Shown here piece after piece: positions 9,031 to 17,043 of a stretch of DNA of 32,000 bases (its first letter is position 1; each line of letters starts with the position of its first letter). The notes below the pieces were generated by a model that saw only the letters and a list, made by a program, of their open reading frames with translations, was not told where the DNA came from and ran no database searches. Both the position numbers and the translations under genes were made by a program. This stretch comes from an uncultured Opitutales bacterium (GTDB lineage: Bacteria; Verrucomicrobiota; Verrucomicrobiia; Opitutales; Intestinicryptomonadaceae): positions 300,001-332,000 of the forward strand of contig CAKTSY010000003.1 of the NCBI GenBank assembly GCA_934613415.1. The letters are read 5' to 3'.

Positions 9031-9914
9031 TTCTTTGCAACCGTTCCCGAAGCGGAACGCCCCTTAAACAAACTTTTCATTACGCCGCCTTGGCGCACAA
9101 GCACAAGCAGCACGGGTATTGTTATTATAAGCCACAATATGCCCGACAACGCCGCGGCCTCGGGCAAATTTCTGGCGGTAGAAACCCTATAGGCTATTTT
9201 GTTGCCCAACATTTCAGAATTTACGCCGCCTACCAAATCGGGAATGGCATACGAACCCAAAGCGGGAATTAAAACCACCAAAACCGCGGTTAAAACGCCC
9301 CTTTTAATCCCGGGCAAAAATATTTTTACAAAGGCTCCGAAGCGCGACGCGCCCAAGTCTCTTGCCGCCTCTAAAAGCGAAAAGTCGAACTTTTCGGCGG
9401 CGGCATATACGGGCAAAATCGCAAAAGGCAAACAGGTGTATACCGTAACGATTATAACCGCCGTTATGTTGTTAAGCAAAAACACGTTGTCGGAAATAAG
9501 GCCGAGCTTAAGCAAACACCACCTAAGCCAGCCCTCGGGCTGCAACACCATTCGCCACGCGAAAATTCTTATAAGGAAGTTTGTCCAAAGCGGTATTATT
9601 ATAAAAAGCAAATACCAGTTTCGGTACTTGGGTTTTTGCTGGGCAATCCAGTAACCTACGGGTATTGCAAGCAAAAGACATATAAGCGTTACAACCAAGC
9701 TTACCCAAATTGTGCGCCACAAAACCACAACATAGTCGGCGCGTACCACGTTAGATATTGTTTGAAGAGTCCAATAGTCGGAAATACCGCCGTAGGCGTC
9801 GGCAACCTTAAAGGCTATTGCAAAAACCAAAAGGCTGGGCACTACAAAAAACACAAGCAACCACAAAACAGACGGCCCCGTCAATAAAACTTCGGTCAAC
9901 TTTTTTTTGCCCAT
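9027..9914 (-). CDS. potB: Spermidine/putrescine ABC transporter permease
   Basis: EAA-loop EAARDLGASRFGAFVKIFLPGIKRG. I chose ATG 9914 (MGKKKLTEVLLTGPSVLWLLVFF) instead of the ORF-track start at 10022, which would run into potA. Confidence 0.85.
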   Translation of the reverse strand: MGKKKLTEVLLTGPSVLWLLVFFVVPSLLVFAIAFKVADAYGGISDYWTLQTISNVVRADYVVVLWRTIWVSLVVTLICLLLAIPVGYWIAQQKPKYRNWYLLFIIIPLWTNFLIRIFAWRMVLQPEGWLRWCLLKLGLISDNVFLLNNITAVIIVTVYTCLPFAILPVYAAAEKFDFSLLEAARDLGASRFGAFVKIFLPGIKRGVLTAVLVVLIPALGSYAIPDLVGGVNSEMLGNKIAYRVSTARNLPEAAALSGILWLIITIPVLLVLVRQGGVMKSLFKGRSASGTVAKK

Positions 9915-9949
9915 TGCTTTAGAAAGGCCTGCCGTTAAGTTTGCCACCG

Positions 9950-11056
9950 CTAATAGTCCTCTGTGTTGGGAAGTGTGGCAACGTCGTCGCGGTGCCACGC
10001 AATCCAAATCTTGTCGCCCCAAGTGGGCTGTTTCATATCCAGATAGCAGCGGTTGTGCTGCCTCATTACGCTAACGCGAAAATCGTTAACCATTACCCAA
10101 TATTTTGTGTACGCGCCCTGATATACAACGTCTACAACTTCGGCCTGAACGGCGTTTAGGTCTTCCGAAACATCGGGTTTGTGGTCGTATATTCTGAACT
10201 TTTCGGGGCGTATGCTTACTATCACCGAGTCGCCAACCGAAAGGTTGCGGTCGTCGAAAGACGAGAATACGCCAAGTCCTTTTAGGTCTACAATCTTATA
10301 TTGCTCGTCTATGCGCTGCGAAATTTTGCCTTCAAAGAAATTTGTGTCGCCGATAAACGAGGCTACAAATTTTGTTTTTGGGCTTTCGTAGATTTCGGCG
10401 GGGGTTCCTATCTGCTCTATGCGCCCGCCGTTCATAACCGCAATGCGGTCGGAAAGGCTCATAGCCTCGTTCTGGTCGTGCGTTACATATATAAAAGTAA
10501 CCCCAACTTCGTCGTGAATGCGGTCTAGCTCTAGCAGCATATGCTGGCGAAGTTTTAAGTCTAACGCCGCCAATGGTTCGTCTAGCAAAAGCAGCTTGGG
10601 GCTGTTAATCAAAGCCCTTGCAATCGAAATTCTCTGTTTTTGACCGCCCGAAATTGTAGAAGGCATTCTGTCGGAAAGGTCTTTAAGCCTTATAATTTCC
10701 AACATTTTTTCGACCTTGCGTACAACTTCGCTTTCGGGAACGCCGGCGGTTCTGGGTCCGAATGCTATGTTGTCGAATATCGTCATATGGGGAAAAAGCG
10801 CGTAGTTCTGAAAAACCGTATTTATTTTGCGCTTGTTCGGCGGAAGATCGGTTATATCTTTGCCGTCCAAAAAAATCCTGCCGTTACCGGGCTCTTCAAA
10901 GCCGCCCGCCATTCTAAGAATGGTGGTTTTGCCGCACCCGCTGGGCCCCAACAAGGAAAATACTTCACCGCATTTTACGTCTATGCTTACGCCCTTTACA
11001 ACGTGGTTTGCGCCAAAATATTTGTCGATATTTTCAAGCCTAAAAAAAGATCCCAT
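9950..11056 (-). CDS. potA: Spermidine/putrescine ABC transporter ATPase
   Basis: 368 aa. Walker A GPSGCGKTT, signature ISGGQKQRISIARAL, Walker B LLLLDEPLAALD, H-loop VTHDQ, and a C-terminal TOBE-like regulatory domain. Confidence 0.9.
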   Translation of the reverse strand: MGSFFRLENIDKYFGANHVVKGVSIDVKCGEVFSLLGPSGCGKTTILRMAGGFEEPGNGRIFLDGKDITDLPPNKRKINTVFQNYALFPHMTIFDNIAFGPRTAGVPESEVVRKVEKMLEIIRLKDLSDRMPSTISGGQKQRISIARALINSPKLLLLDEPLAALDLKLRQHMLLELDRIHDEVGVTFIYVTHDQNEAMSLSDRIAVMNGGRIEQIGTPAEIYESPKTKFVASFIGDTNFFEGKISQRIDEQYKIVDLKGLGVFSSFDDRNLSVGDSVIVSIRPEKFRIYDHKPDVSEDLNAVQAEVVDVVYQGAYTKYWVMVNDFRVSVMRQHNRCYLDMKQPTWGDKIWIAWHRDDVATLPNTEDY

Positions 11057-11088
11057 TTTTATAAAACAAGAAAAACGATAAGAATATA

Positions 11089-11185
11089 TTTTTTTCCGTT
11101 TTTAAAGCTTTTTTTTGCCCTTTTTTAAAAAAATTTTTTGCGGGCAGTTTTTGGGGGATTTTTGCCCGCCTTTTTAACGCTTTTT
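11089..11185. other. Array of nine T5-T8 tracts (A-tracts on the potA strand) at roughly helical spacing, upstream of potA
   Basis: T-runs at 11089-95, 11099-103, 11109-16, 11121-26, 11134-39, 11148-52, 11159-63, 11171-75 and 11181-85. Centre-to-centre spacing is 9-14 bp (mean about 11). Confidence 0.5.
11140..11169. terminator. Weak hairpin downstream of the ATP-grasp gene
   Basis: GCGGGCA (11140..11146) pairs with TGCCCGC (11163..11169) across a 16-nt loop. The minus-strand side is followed by A6T7, not an immediate T-run. The plus-strand side has CTTTTT but no plus-strand gene upstream. Confidence 0.3.
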
Positions 11186-11207
11186 GACGCGCGTTCTAAG
11201 CCGCTTT

Positions 11208-12152
11208 TTAGCTCACCAAAACGCAGTCGTCGAAACGCGAAAAAAGCATATTTTCCCTAAAGGAATCGGCTACGCAAACGTCTTTGCCTTTTGCCAAATC
11301 AATTAAGCAGCGCGGCAAATCAAGCCCAGCACGCACGCTCATGGGAGCCCCCCCGCCGAAACGCGCATTTATTTCGGTAAAGAAAACTCCGTTTTCGTTC
11401 TTTATGCACTGAATGGTATTTACCCCAAAAAGCTTCAGCTTTTTTGCAACGTCTTTTACGGCGTTTTCTATTTGGCTGTCTTTAACGGTTAGCCCCTTTA
11501 AAACTTCGCCCGAACGCACGCTTAGACGCTTCCTTGCGCCCATTGCCTTGAAGTTGCCGCAAAAATCGCAAAGAAGGTCTACCGTATATTCCGCGCCCGA
11601 AACAAATTCCTGCACAATGCAGTCTTTAACATATTCTTTAAAAAACGAATACTGCTCGTAGTTGTCGACTTTAAATGTGTTTATAGACGAGCTGCCGCTT
11701 TTTGGTTTGATAAACATAGGGTATTTTAAACCCAAGCTACCGCAGATGTCCGACGAAACAATTTTTGGACACTTTATATTGTTTTGCTCGAAAAATGTTT
11801 GCGTTTTTATTTTGTCGGCGCAAATGCGCACGGTTTCTACGGGCGAAATATTTACGCGGCAATTCGCTTCGGCTAAAAAGCGTTGGGCGTTTTCGGCAAG
11901 GGTTTCAAGCTCGGTATCTATTGTGGGCACTAAAAGCCCTATGTTTTCGGCTTTGCAAATATCCAAAAGCTGCCCTATGTAGTTTCCGGAATCTACGCGG
12001 TCTACAACAAAGGCTTTATCGCAAAACTTTAAAGCGGGCGCCGAATCGGAGCAGTCGGCGCAAAAAACGCGACCGTTATCGGATAGTACCGCCTTTTTAA
12101 AAAGCTTTGCCAACTCTACCCTTCTGCCTGCACTTGTAATCAATACGTTCAT
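11208..12152 (-). CDS. ATP-grasp domain ligase (carbamoyl-phosphate-synthase-L-like, the glycan-locus type)
   Basis: 314 aa. N-terminal MNVLITSAGRRVELAKLFK pre-ATP-grasp pattern, then YPMFIKPKSGSSS, QEFVSGAEYTVDL and TEINARFGGG, which are typical of ATP-grasp_3/4 enzymes. The substrate is unknown. Confidence 0.7.
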   Translation of the reverse strand: MNVLITSAGRRVELAKLFKKAVLSDNGRVFCADCSDSAPALKFCDKAFVVDRVDSGNYIGQLLDICKAENIGLLVPTIDTELETLAENAQRFLAEANCRVNISPVETVRICADKIKTQTFFEQNNIKCPKIVSSDICGSLGLKYPMFIKPKSGSSSINTFKVDNYEQYSFFKEYVKDCIVQEFVSGAEYTVDLLCDFCGNFKAMGARKRLSVRSGEVLKGLTVKDSQIENAVKDVAKKLKLFGVNTIQCIKNENGVFFTEINARFGGGAPMSVRAGLDLPRCLIDLAKGKDVCVADSFRENMLFSRFDDCVLVS

Positions 12153-12251
12153 AAGCTATAATGTTTCTTAGACTTTGGTTCGCACAAAAGAATATTGCAA
12201 GCATTTTTAAGAAATGGAACATAGGCCGCAAAAACGCTGTCGAAAACATAA

Positions 12252-13082
12252 ATGCAAAATTCGGGCAAAAACGGTTTTTTTGAATATGCGGCAGCCTGCG
12301 CGCTTATATTGGCAATTGTGCCCATTTTTGCGGAACTGATAAAAGCGTCGCTTGCGGTTGCGCAGTTAAAAGACAGTGCAGTTATGGCGTTGTTTTGCAC
12401 GGCGTTGGTTTTTTTGGAATACAAGGCGACACTGCGCAAAACCCCGCTATTCGGCAAAGGCGCGTTTTGCCTTATGGGCATTGCCTACGCGCTTTTCTTT
12501 TGTGCAAAAATTACGCCATTGGCCGCGTTGGCTGCGGCTGTTTTTGCCATTGGGGCAATGCTTGCGCTTTTTTTGCACAAAAACGACATAAAAATTGCCT
12601 ACTGCGTTGTTGCGGCCTTTTCGGCATATTGCGTTTTGCTTTTCTTTTCGGGCCTTGTAGATTTGCCGCTTAGAATATTTGCCGCGGCAGGCGTAGAAAA
12701 GCTTATGGGAATTTTCTCTATTGAGTGCACGCCTTACATATTAAAATGCGCAAGCCCCGTTGTAGTGCTAAATTTGCCGGATTTCGGCAATTTTACGGTG
12801 GCAACCCAATGCAACGGGCTTTCGGCAATTTCTTCGGCTACAATACTTTCCATATTTGCGGCGTTTCTTTCAAAACGCGGGTGGAAGTTTGCAATTTTAT
12901 ATGTACCATTTTGCGCGGGGCTTGCGTATTTTGCAAACTGCGCCAGAATTTGCATTGTAATTTTGCTAAAGCCGCATTTTGCAAACTACAACACAATGCA
13001 CGACATTGTAGGGTATTGCACGCTAACGCTTCTTTTGCTTTGCGTATGGGCACTGGGCAAAATCTTTGCCAAAGACAAATAA
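12252..13082 (+). CDS. Divergent exosortase/archaeosortase-family membrane protein (second paralogue)
   Basis: 276 aa and polytopic. Cys187 in ATQCNGLS (TGC 12810..12812), Arg232 in FANCARI (AGA 12945..12947), His250 in MHDIVGY (CAC 12999..13001). The Cys-to-Arg spacing is 45 residues, identical to the canonical exosortase at 5291..6286, and Arg-to-His is 18 versus 21 residues. Confidence 0.6.
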   Translation: MQNSGKNGFFEYAAACALILAIVPIFAELIKASLAVAQLKDSAVMALFCTALVFLEYKATLRKTPLFGKGAFCLMGIAYALFFCAKITPLAALAAAVFAIGAMLALFLHKNDIKIAYCVVAAFSAYCVLLFFSGLVDLPLRIFAAAGVEKLMGIFSIECTPYILKCASPVVVLNLPDFGNFTVATQCNGLSAISSATILSIFAAFLSKRGWKFAILYVPFCAGLAYFANCARICIVILLKPHFANYNTMHDIVGYCTLTLLLLCVWALGKIFAKDK

Positions 13083-13122
13083 TGGCTTGATTTACACAAA
13101 CAATAAATGGAATACTACCGCC

Positions 13123-14556
13123 ATGGCAAAAACAACCCCCGCATTTCTTGCCGAGCTAAAAAAGCTCGCTAAAAAGTCGCAAGTTAAAACCGACAAAAAA
13201 TCGCTTTTCGAGGCCTCGTACGACAACACAAAACGCTCGTTTTTGCCCGACGCCGTTGTGTTTGTAAAAGACGCCGAAGAAGTGGGCAAAATATTAAAGT
13301 TGGCAAACAAGCACAAAGTGCCCATAACGCCCAGAGGCGCGGGCACGGGCTGCAGCGGCGGGGCGTTGCCCTATTTTGGCGGCGTTGTTTTAGACTTTTC
13401 TAAATTCGACAAAATAACGATAGACCCTCTTACAAAAACGGCAACCGTGCAAAGCGGGGCTATAAACTGGAATGTAAACGAACGCGCTAAAAAGTTCGGA
13501 CTTTTCTACCCGCCAGACCCTTCTTCCACAAAATATTCCACAATAGGCGGCAACATTGCATGCAACGCGGGCGGCTTGCGCGCCTGCAAATATGGAACTA
13601 CGCGCGACAACCTTATGTCGGCGGAAGGCTACCTGCCAAACGGCGACTTTGTAAAATTCGGGCTGCCGCTAAAAAAATTTAGCACGGGCTATAATTTAAA
13701 AGACCTGCTTTTGTGCTCGGAGGGCACTTTGGCGGTAATAACAAAGGCTACATTAAAGCTAAAAGACCTACCCAAAGAAAAGCTTGCATGCCTAAGTTTT
13801 TTCGACTCCGACGAAATTGCCTTTAAGTGCATAGAAAGAATTTTAACAAGCCCCCTAAACCCCTCCATATTCGAATTTATGGACGCCGAAAGCGTTTCGG
13901 CTGCCGACATCTACGAGGGCAAAAAGGTTTTCGACACAAAAAGGGCAGCAATTTTAATGGAGTTTGAAGGCGACAGCATTGCCGACATAAAAAAGTCTTT
14001 TGCCATTTTAAAGGGCATTGCAGGCTGCCAAAACTTTAAGTTTGCAAAAAACGCAAACGAATCGGAAAAGCTTTGGCAGCTAAGGCGCGACTGCAGCCAG
14101 GCATCGTACATATACGGCAACTTTAAGCTTAACCAAGACATTGTTCTTCCCGCAAACTCGGTTGCAAAATACTTTAAAAAATTTAAGGTAACCTGCAAAA
14201 AAGAGGGCTTTGCAAGCCCAACATTCGGGCACGCGGGCGACGGCAACTACCACCTGCACATTATGTGCAATGCAAACGACGCCCTTCGCAAACAAAGGGC
14301 AAAAGAGCTTATGGAAAGCTTTATAGCCTATTGCGTGAAACTTGGCGGCGCCGTTTCGGGCGAGCACGGGCTTGGGCTTTTAAAGGCAAAATATTTGCCG
14401 CTTCAGCACACACAAGCCGAAATCAACGCAATGAAATCTCTAAAAAAGGCTTTCGACAAAAACAATATTTTAAACGCAGGCAAAGTTTTGGGGCTAAAAA
14501 AACTTTCGAATTGCGAGCCCATTATTGGCTTGAAATTGCCGTGGGAAAAAAGATAA
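13123..14556 (+). CDS. FAD-linked oxidoreductase, GlcD/D-lactate dehydrogenase family
   Basis: FAD_binding_4 motifs (PRGAGTGCSGGA, IGGNIACNAGG) and FAD-oxidase_C (GHAGDGNYH, SGEHGLGLLK). I chose ATG 13123 (MAKTTPAFL...). The ORF-track start at 13066 is a TTG that overlaps the upstream gene. Confidence 0.8.
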   Translation: MAKTTPAFLAELKKLAKKSQVKTDKKSLFEASYDNTKRSFLPDAVVFVKDAEEVGKILKLANKHKVPITPRGAGTGCSGGALPYFGGVVLDFSKFDKITIDPLTKTATVQSGAINWNVNERAKKFGLFYPPDPSSTKYSTIGGNIACNAGGLRACKYGTTRDNLMSAEGYLPNGDFVKFGLPLKKFSTGYNLKDLLLCSEGTLAVITKATLKLKDLPKEKLACLSFFDSDEIAFKCIERILTSPLNPSIFEFMDAESVSAADIYEGKKVFDTKRAAILMEFEGDSIADIKKSFAILKGIAGCQNFKFAKNANESEKLWQLRRDCSQASYIYGNFKLNQDIVLPANSVAKYFKKFKVTCKKEGFASPTFGHAGDGNYHLHIMCNANDALRKQRAKELMESFIAYCVKLGGAVSGEHGLGLLKAKYLPLQHTQAEINAMKSLKKAFDKNNILNAGKVLGLKKLSNCEPIIGLKLPWEKR

Positions 14557-14586
14557 TACAACCGAAAACAAAGAACAGAACCACTT

Positions 14587-15534
14587 ATGGATATAAGCGT
14601 AGTAATTCCCGTATACAACGAAGAAGGCAACCTCGAAGAGCTCTTTAAAAGACTTTGCGAATCTATGGACGCCATAGGGCGCAAATGGGAGGTTATTTTT
14701 ACAAACGACGGCAGCAAAGACCGTTCGGGCGAAATATTGCGCCGCTTTTATTCGGAACGCCCCGACATTGTAAGGGTTATAGATTTTAACGGAAACTTTG
14801 GGCAGCACACGGCGATTATTGCGGCTTTCGAAAAGTGCAAGGGCGACGTTATTGTTACCCTAGACGCCGACTTGCAAAACCCGCCTGAAGAAATACGCAA
14901 ACTCATAGAAAAAACCGACCAAGGCTACGACGCCGTAGGCGGCTTTCGCAAAGTTAGGGAAGATTCGGCTTTCAGAAAATATGCGTCGAAATGCGTAAAC
15001 TTTGTGCGCGAAAAGATGACCGACATTAGAATGAAAGACCAAGGCTGCATGCTAAGAGCCTACAAACGCCACATTGTAGAGGCGATTTTAAGGTGCGACG
15101 AGCGCTCGACTTTCATTCCCGCATTGGCGTATAAATTCGCGTCGAACCCGACCGATGTCGAGGTAGACCACGCCGCCCGCAAATGCGGCGAGTCGAAATA
15201 CAGCATATACAAGCTTATAAGGCTTAATTTCGACCTTATTACAGGCTTTACAATTATGCCCATTCAGCTGTTTACGCTGTTCGGCTTTGCGTCGGCATCG
15301 GGCAGCTTTTTGCTGGTTATAATTTTACTTGCGCGCAGGTTTCTGCTAGGTAGCGAAGCCGAAGGGCTGTTTACACTGTTTGCAATTTTGTTCTTCTTAA
15401 TAAGCATTGCAATTATAGGCATAGGCATTTTGGGCGAATATGTTGGCCGCATATATCAGGTTGTACAGGCGCGCCCAAAATACATTATAAGAGACTATCT
15501 TAGCCAAGACAACGCATCTACCCCCGAAAAATAG
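14587..15534 (+). CDS. arnC: Undecaprenyl-phosphate 4-deoxy-4-formamido-L-arabinose transferase-like GT2
   Basis: 315 aa. VVIPVYNEE, TLDADLQNPPEEI, GCMLRAYKRHIVEAILRCDERSTFIPALA, GESKYS, two C-terminal TM segments and LGEYVGRIYQVVQARPKY. From my memory of E. coli ArnC this is collinear along the whole length. Confidence 0.8.
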   Translation: MDISVVIPVYNEEGNLEELFKRLCESMDAIGRKWEVIFTNDGSKDRSGEILRRFYSERPDIVRVIDFNGNFGQHTAIIAAFEKCKGDVIVTLDADLQNPPEEIRKLIEKTDQGYDAVGGFRKVREDSAFRKYASKCVNFVREKMTDIRMKDQGCMLRAYKRHIVEAILRCDERSTFIPALAYKFASNPTDVEVDHAARKCGESKYSIYKLIRLNFDLITGFTIMPIQLFTLFGFASASGSFLLVIILLARRFLLGSEAEGLFTLFAILFFLISIAIIGIGILGEYVGRIYQVVQARPKYIIRDYLSQDNASTPEK

Positions 15535-16395
15535 ATGAAAAAAAAGATAGTATTTTTCGGCTTTAGCGAAGTTGGGCACGACTGTTTAAAGCTTTTGCTT
15601 GAAAATCCGCTTTGCCGGGTTTGCGCCGTGTTTACCCACGACACCGACCCCCACGAAAAGCAGTGGTTTAAAACCTGCGAAGAGCTTGCAAAACAAAACA
15701 ATATTCCCGTATACAAGCCCCTTTCGCTTAAAGACGGAGCGTACGATAACATTGTAAGAGAAATTGCGCCCGACTTGATATTGTCGCTTTACTACCGCAA
15801 CTTCATACCCGAAAGCATTTTTAAGCAGGCAAAGCTTGGAGCCTACAATATGCACGGCTCGTACCTGCCAAGATACAGGGGAAGAGCCCCCCTAAACTGG
15901 TCTATAATAAACGGCGAAAGCTATTGCGGAGTGTCGCTACACACAATAGAAAAGGGCTTCGACACAGGGCTTATTGCCGACCAAGAAAAGGTTTTAATAG
16001 GGCCAAACGAATATGTTGGCGATGTTGTAGACCGCGTTGCCCGCGCGGCAGTGCTGGTTTTAAGGCGTACTTTGCCGCATCTTTTAGACGGCACTGTTAA
16101 GCTTACCCCTCAAGACGAAACTCAGGCAACCTATTTCGGCAAAAGAAAACCTGCCGACGGGCTTATAGACTTCAACAAAACGGCACGCGAAGTGTTCAAC
16201 CTTATAAGGGGCGTAAGCCGTCCCTTCCCCGGGGCGTTTACATATGTAGACGGCAAAAAACTTGTTATCTGGAAAGCCGAAATTACCGAAAAGCACGGCG
16301 AAAATGCAGGAGCTTTAATTTCCGAAAATCCCTATGTTTTTGCATGCAAAGACGCCGCCATTAAGGCAACCGATTTCGAATTTCAAACGGCTTAA
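15535..16395 (+). CDS. arnA: Stand-alone formyltransferase matching the N-terminal (UDP-Ara4N formyltransferase) domain of ArnA; no decarboxylase domain
   Basis: 286 aa. FTHDTDPHEK, LSLYYRNFI, NMHGSYLPRYRGRAPLNWSIINGE, QATYFGKRKPADG and PFPGAFTYVDGKKLVIW parallel the E. coli ArnA residues 1-300 as I recall them. The ATG directly follows the arnC TAG. Confidence 0.8.
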   Translation: MKKKIVFFGFSEVGHDCLKLLLENPLCRVCAVFTHDTDPHEKQWFKTCEELAKQNNIPVYKPLSLKDGAYDNIVREIAPDLILSLYYRNFIPESIFKQAKLGAYNMHGSYLPRYRGRAPLNWSIINGESYCGVSLHTIEKGFDTGLIADQEKVLIGPNEYVGDVVDRVARAAVLVLRRTLPHLLDGTVKLTPQDETQATYFGKRKPADGLIDFNKTAREVFNLIRGVSRPFPGAFTYVDGKKLVIWKAEITEKHGENAGALISENPYVFACKDAAIKATDFEFQTA

Positions 16396-16413
16396 ACTTA
16401 AGAGCAATTAAAT

Positions 16414-16447
16414 AAAAAAGAACGCGCCCTAAAGAGCGCGTTTTTAA
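16414..16447. terminator. Bidirectional intrinsic terminator between the convergent arn operon and the mre-mrd operon
   Basis: AAAAAAGAACGCGC, 8-nt loop, GCGCGTTTTTAAA. The GC core is 16423..16427 paired with 16436..16440. An A-tract and a T-tract flank it symmetrically. Confidence 0.75.
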
Positions 16448-16449
16448 AT

Positions 16450-17031
16450 TTATTCTATAGAAACCGAAGCAATGGGCACATATCTTAAAAGGTAAAAACT
16501 CATACTGTTTTCGAAGCTGTTTAGAACTTTTTCGACATCTAATTTGCGCAGCATTCTGCCCACCAAAACGCGAACGTCGTCGGACGGGTTAAAGCTGGAT
16601 TTTAGCACATTGAAAGCGTCGGCATCGCCCGTAGCTTTAAGGGCGGCAAGCGCGTAAAGTTTGCCCTCTATATACTGCGCGTTTTTATATATTTGCCTTA
16701 TAGCGTCGCTTTGCGCCTTGGCGTCTTGGCAGTGAACTATAACCGCAAACGCCCTGCTTTGGTTTGTGGCATATTTGCCGAATTTTGCCGAAGTTAGCAG
16801 CGGCGTTTTCTCCAAAATTTTTACGGCGTCGGAAAGCGGCATTTCCTCGCTAGGATACATTTTGTCGGCGGGGGCTTTTTGCGAAGCCGCGGGTTTTGCG
16901 CTTTCTACGCTTGCAACCTTTTCTTTATGCGCAACGGTAAGCGATGTGCCAGACGCCCCGTTGTTTACCGAAATTTGCCCCATAAGCGAAACTGCACACA
17001 TAAACACCGCAAAAACAAAACAATTCTTCAT
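16450..17031 (-). CDS. Secreted protein of unknown function; last gene of the mre-mrd operon
   Basis: 193 aa with signal peptide MKNCFVFAVFMCAVSLMG. It has one of the few clear SD sequences in the window (AAGGAG, 5 nt before the ATG) and sits 12 nt after mrdA. The C-terminal half is helical-repeat-like (ALAALKATGDADAF...DDVRVLVGRMLRKL, faintly HEAT-like). No family was recognised. Confidence 0.55.
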   Translation of the reverse strand: MKNCFVFAVFMCAVSLMGQISVNNGASGTSLTVAHKEKVASVESAKPAASQKAPADKMYPSEEMPLSDAVKILEKTPLLTSAKFGKYATNQSRAFAVIVHCQDAKAQSDAIRQIYKNAQYIEGKLYALAALKATGDADAFNVLKSSFNPSDDVRVLVGRMLRKLDVEKVLNSFENSMSFYLLRYVPIASVSIE

Positions 17032-17043
17032 ATAAACTCCTTT

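Noticed and set aside
12149-12481. 110-aa minus-strand ORF whose TGA overlaps the ATP-grasp ATG as ATGA. This would suit a coupled small gene, or a precursor peptide for an ATP-grasp RiPP system.
   Set aside because: It overlaps 230 nt of the plus-strand exosortase-like gene, whose N-terminal TM helices are needed for a plausible topology. Its sequence is polar and featureless, as expected for the antisense of a hydrophobic gene. The ATP-grasp is of the CPS-like glycan-locus type, not the RimK/microviridin type. A very short real peptide cannot be fully excluded.
15532-15537. arnC and the formyltransferase are in the same reading frame, separated by a single TAG. This raises the possibility of a read-through or recoded ArnC-ArnA fusion.
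   Set aside because: TAG is also the ordinary stop of panB and of the thioesterase gene. The formyltransferase has its own ATG and a normal N-terminus. Sharing a frame has a one-in-three chance expectation. No pyl or recoding machinery is visible.
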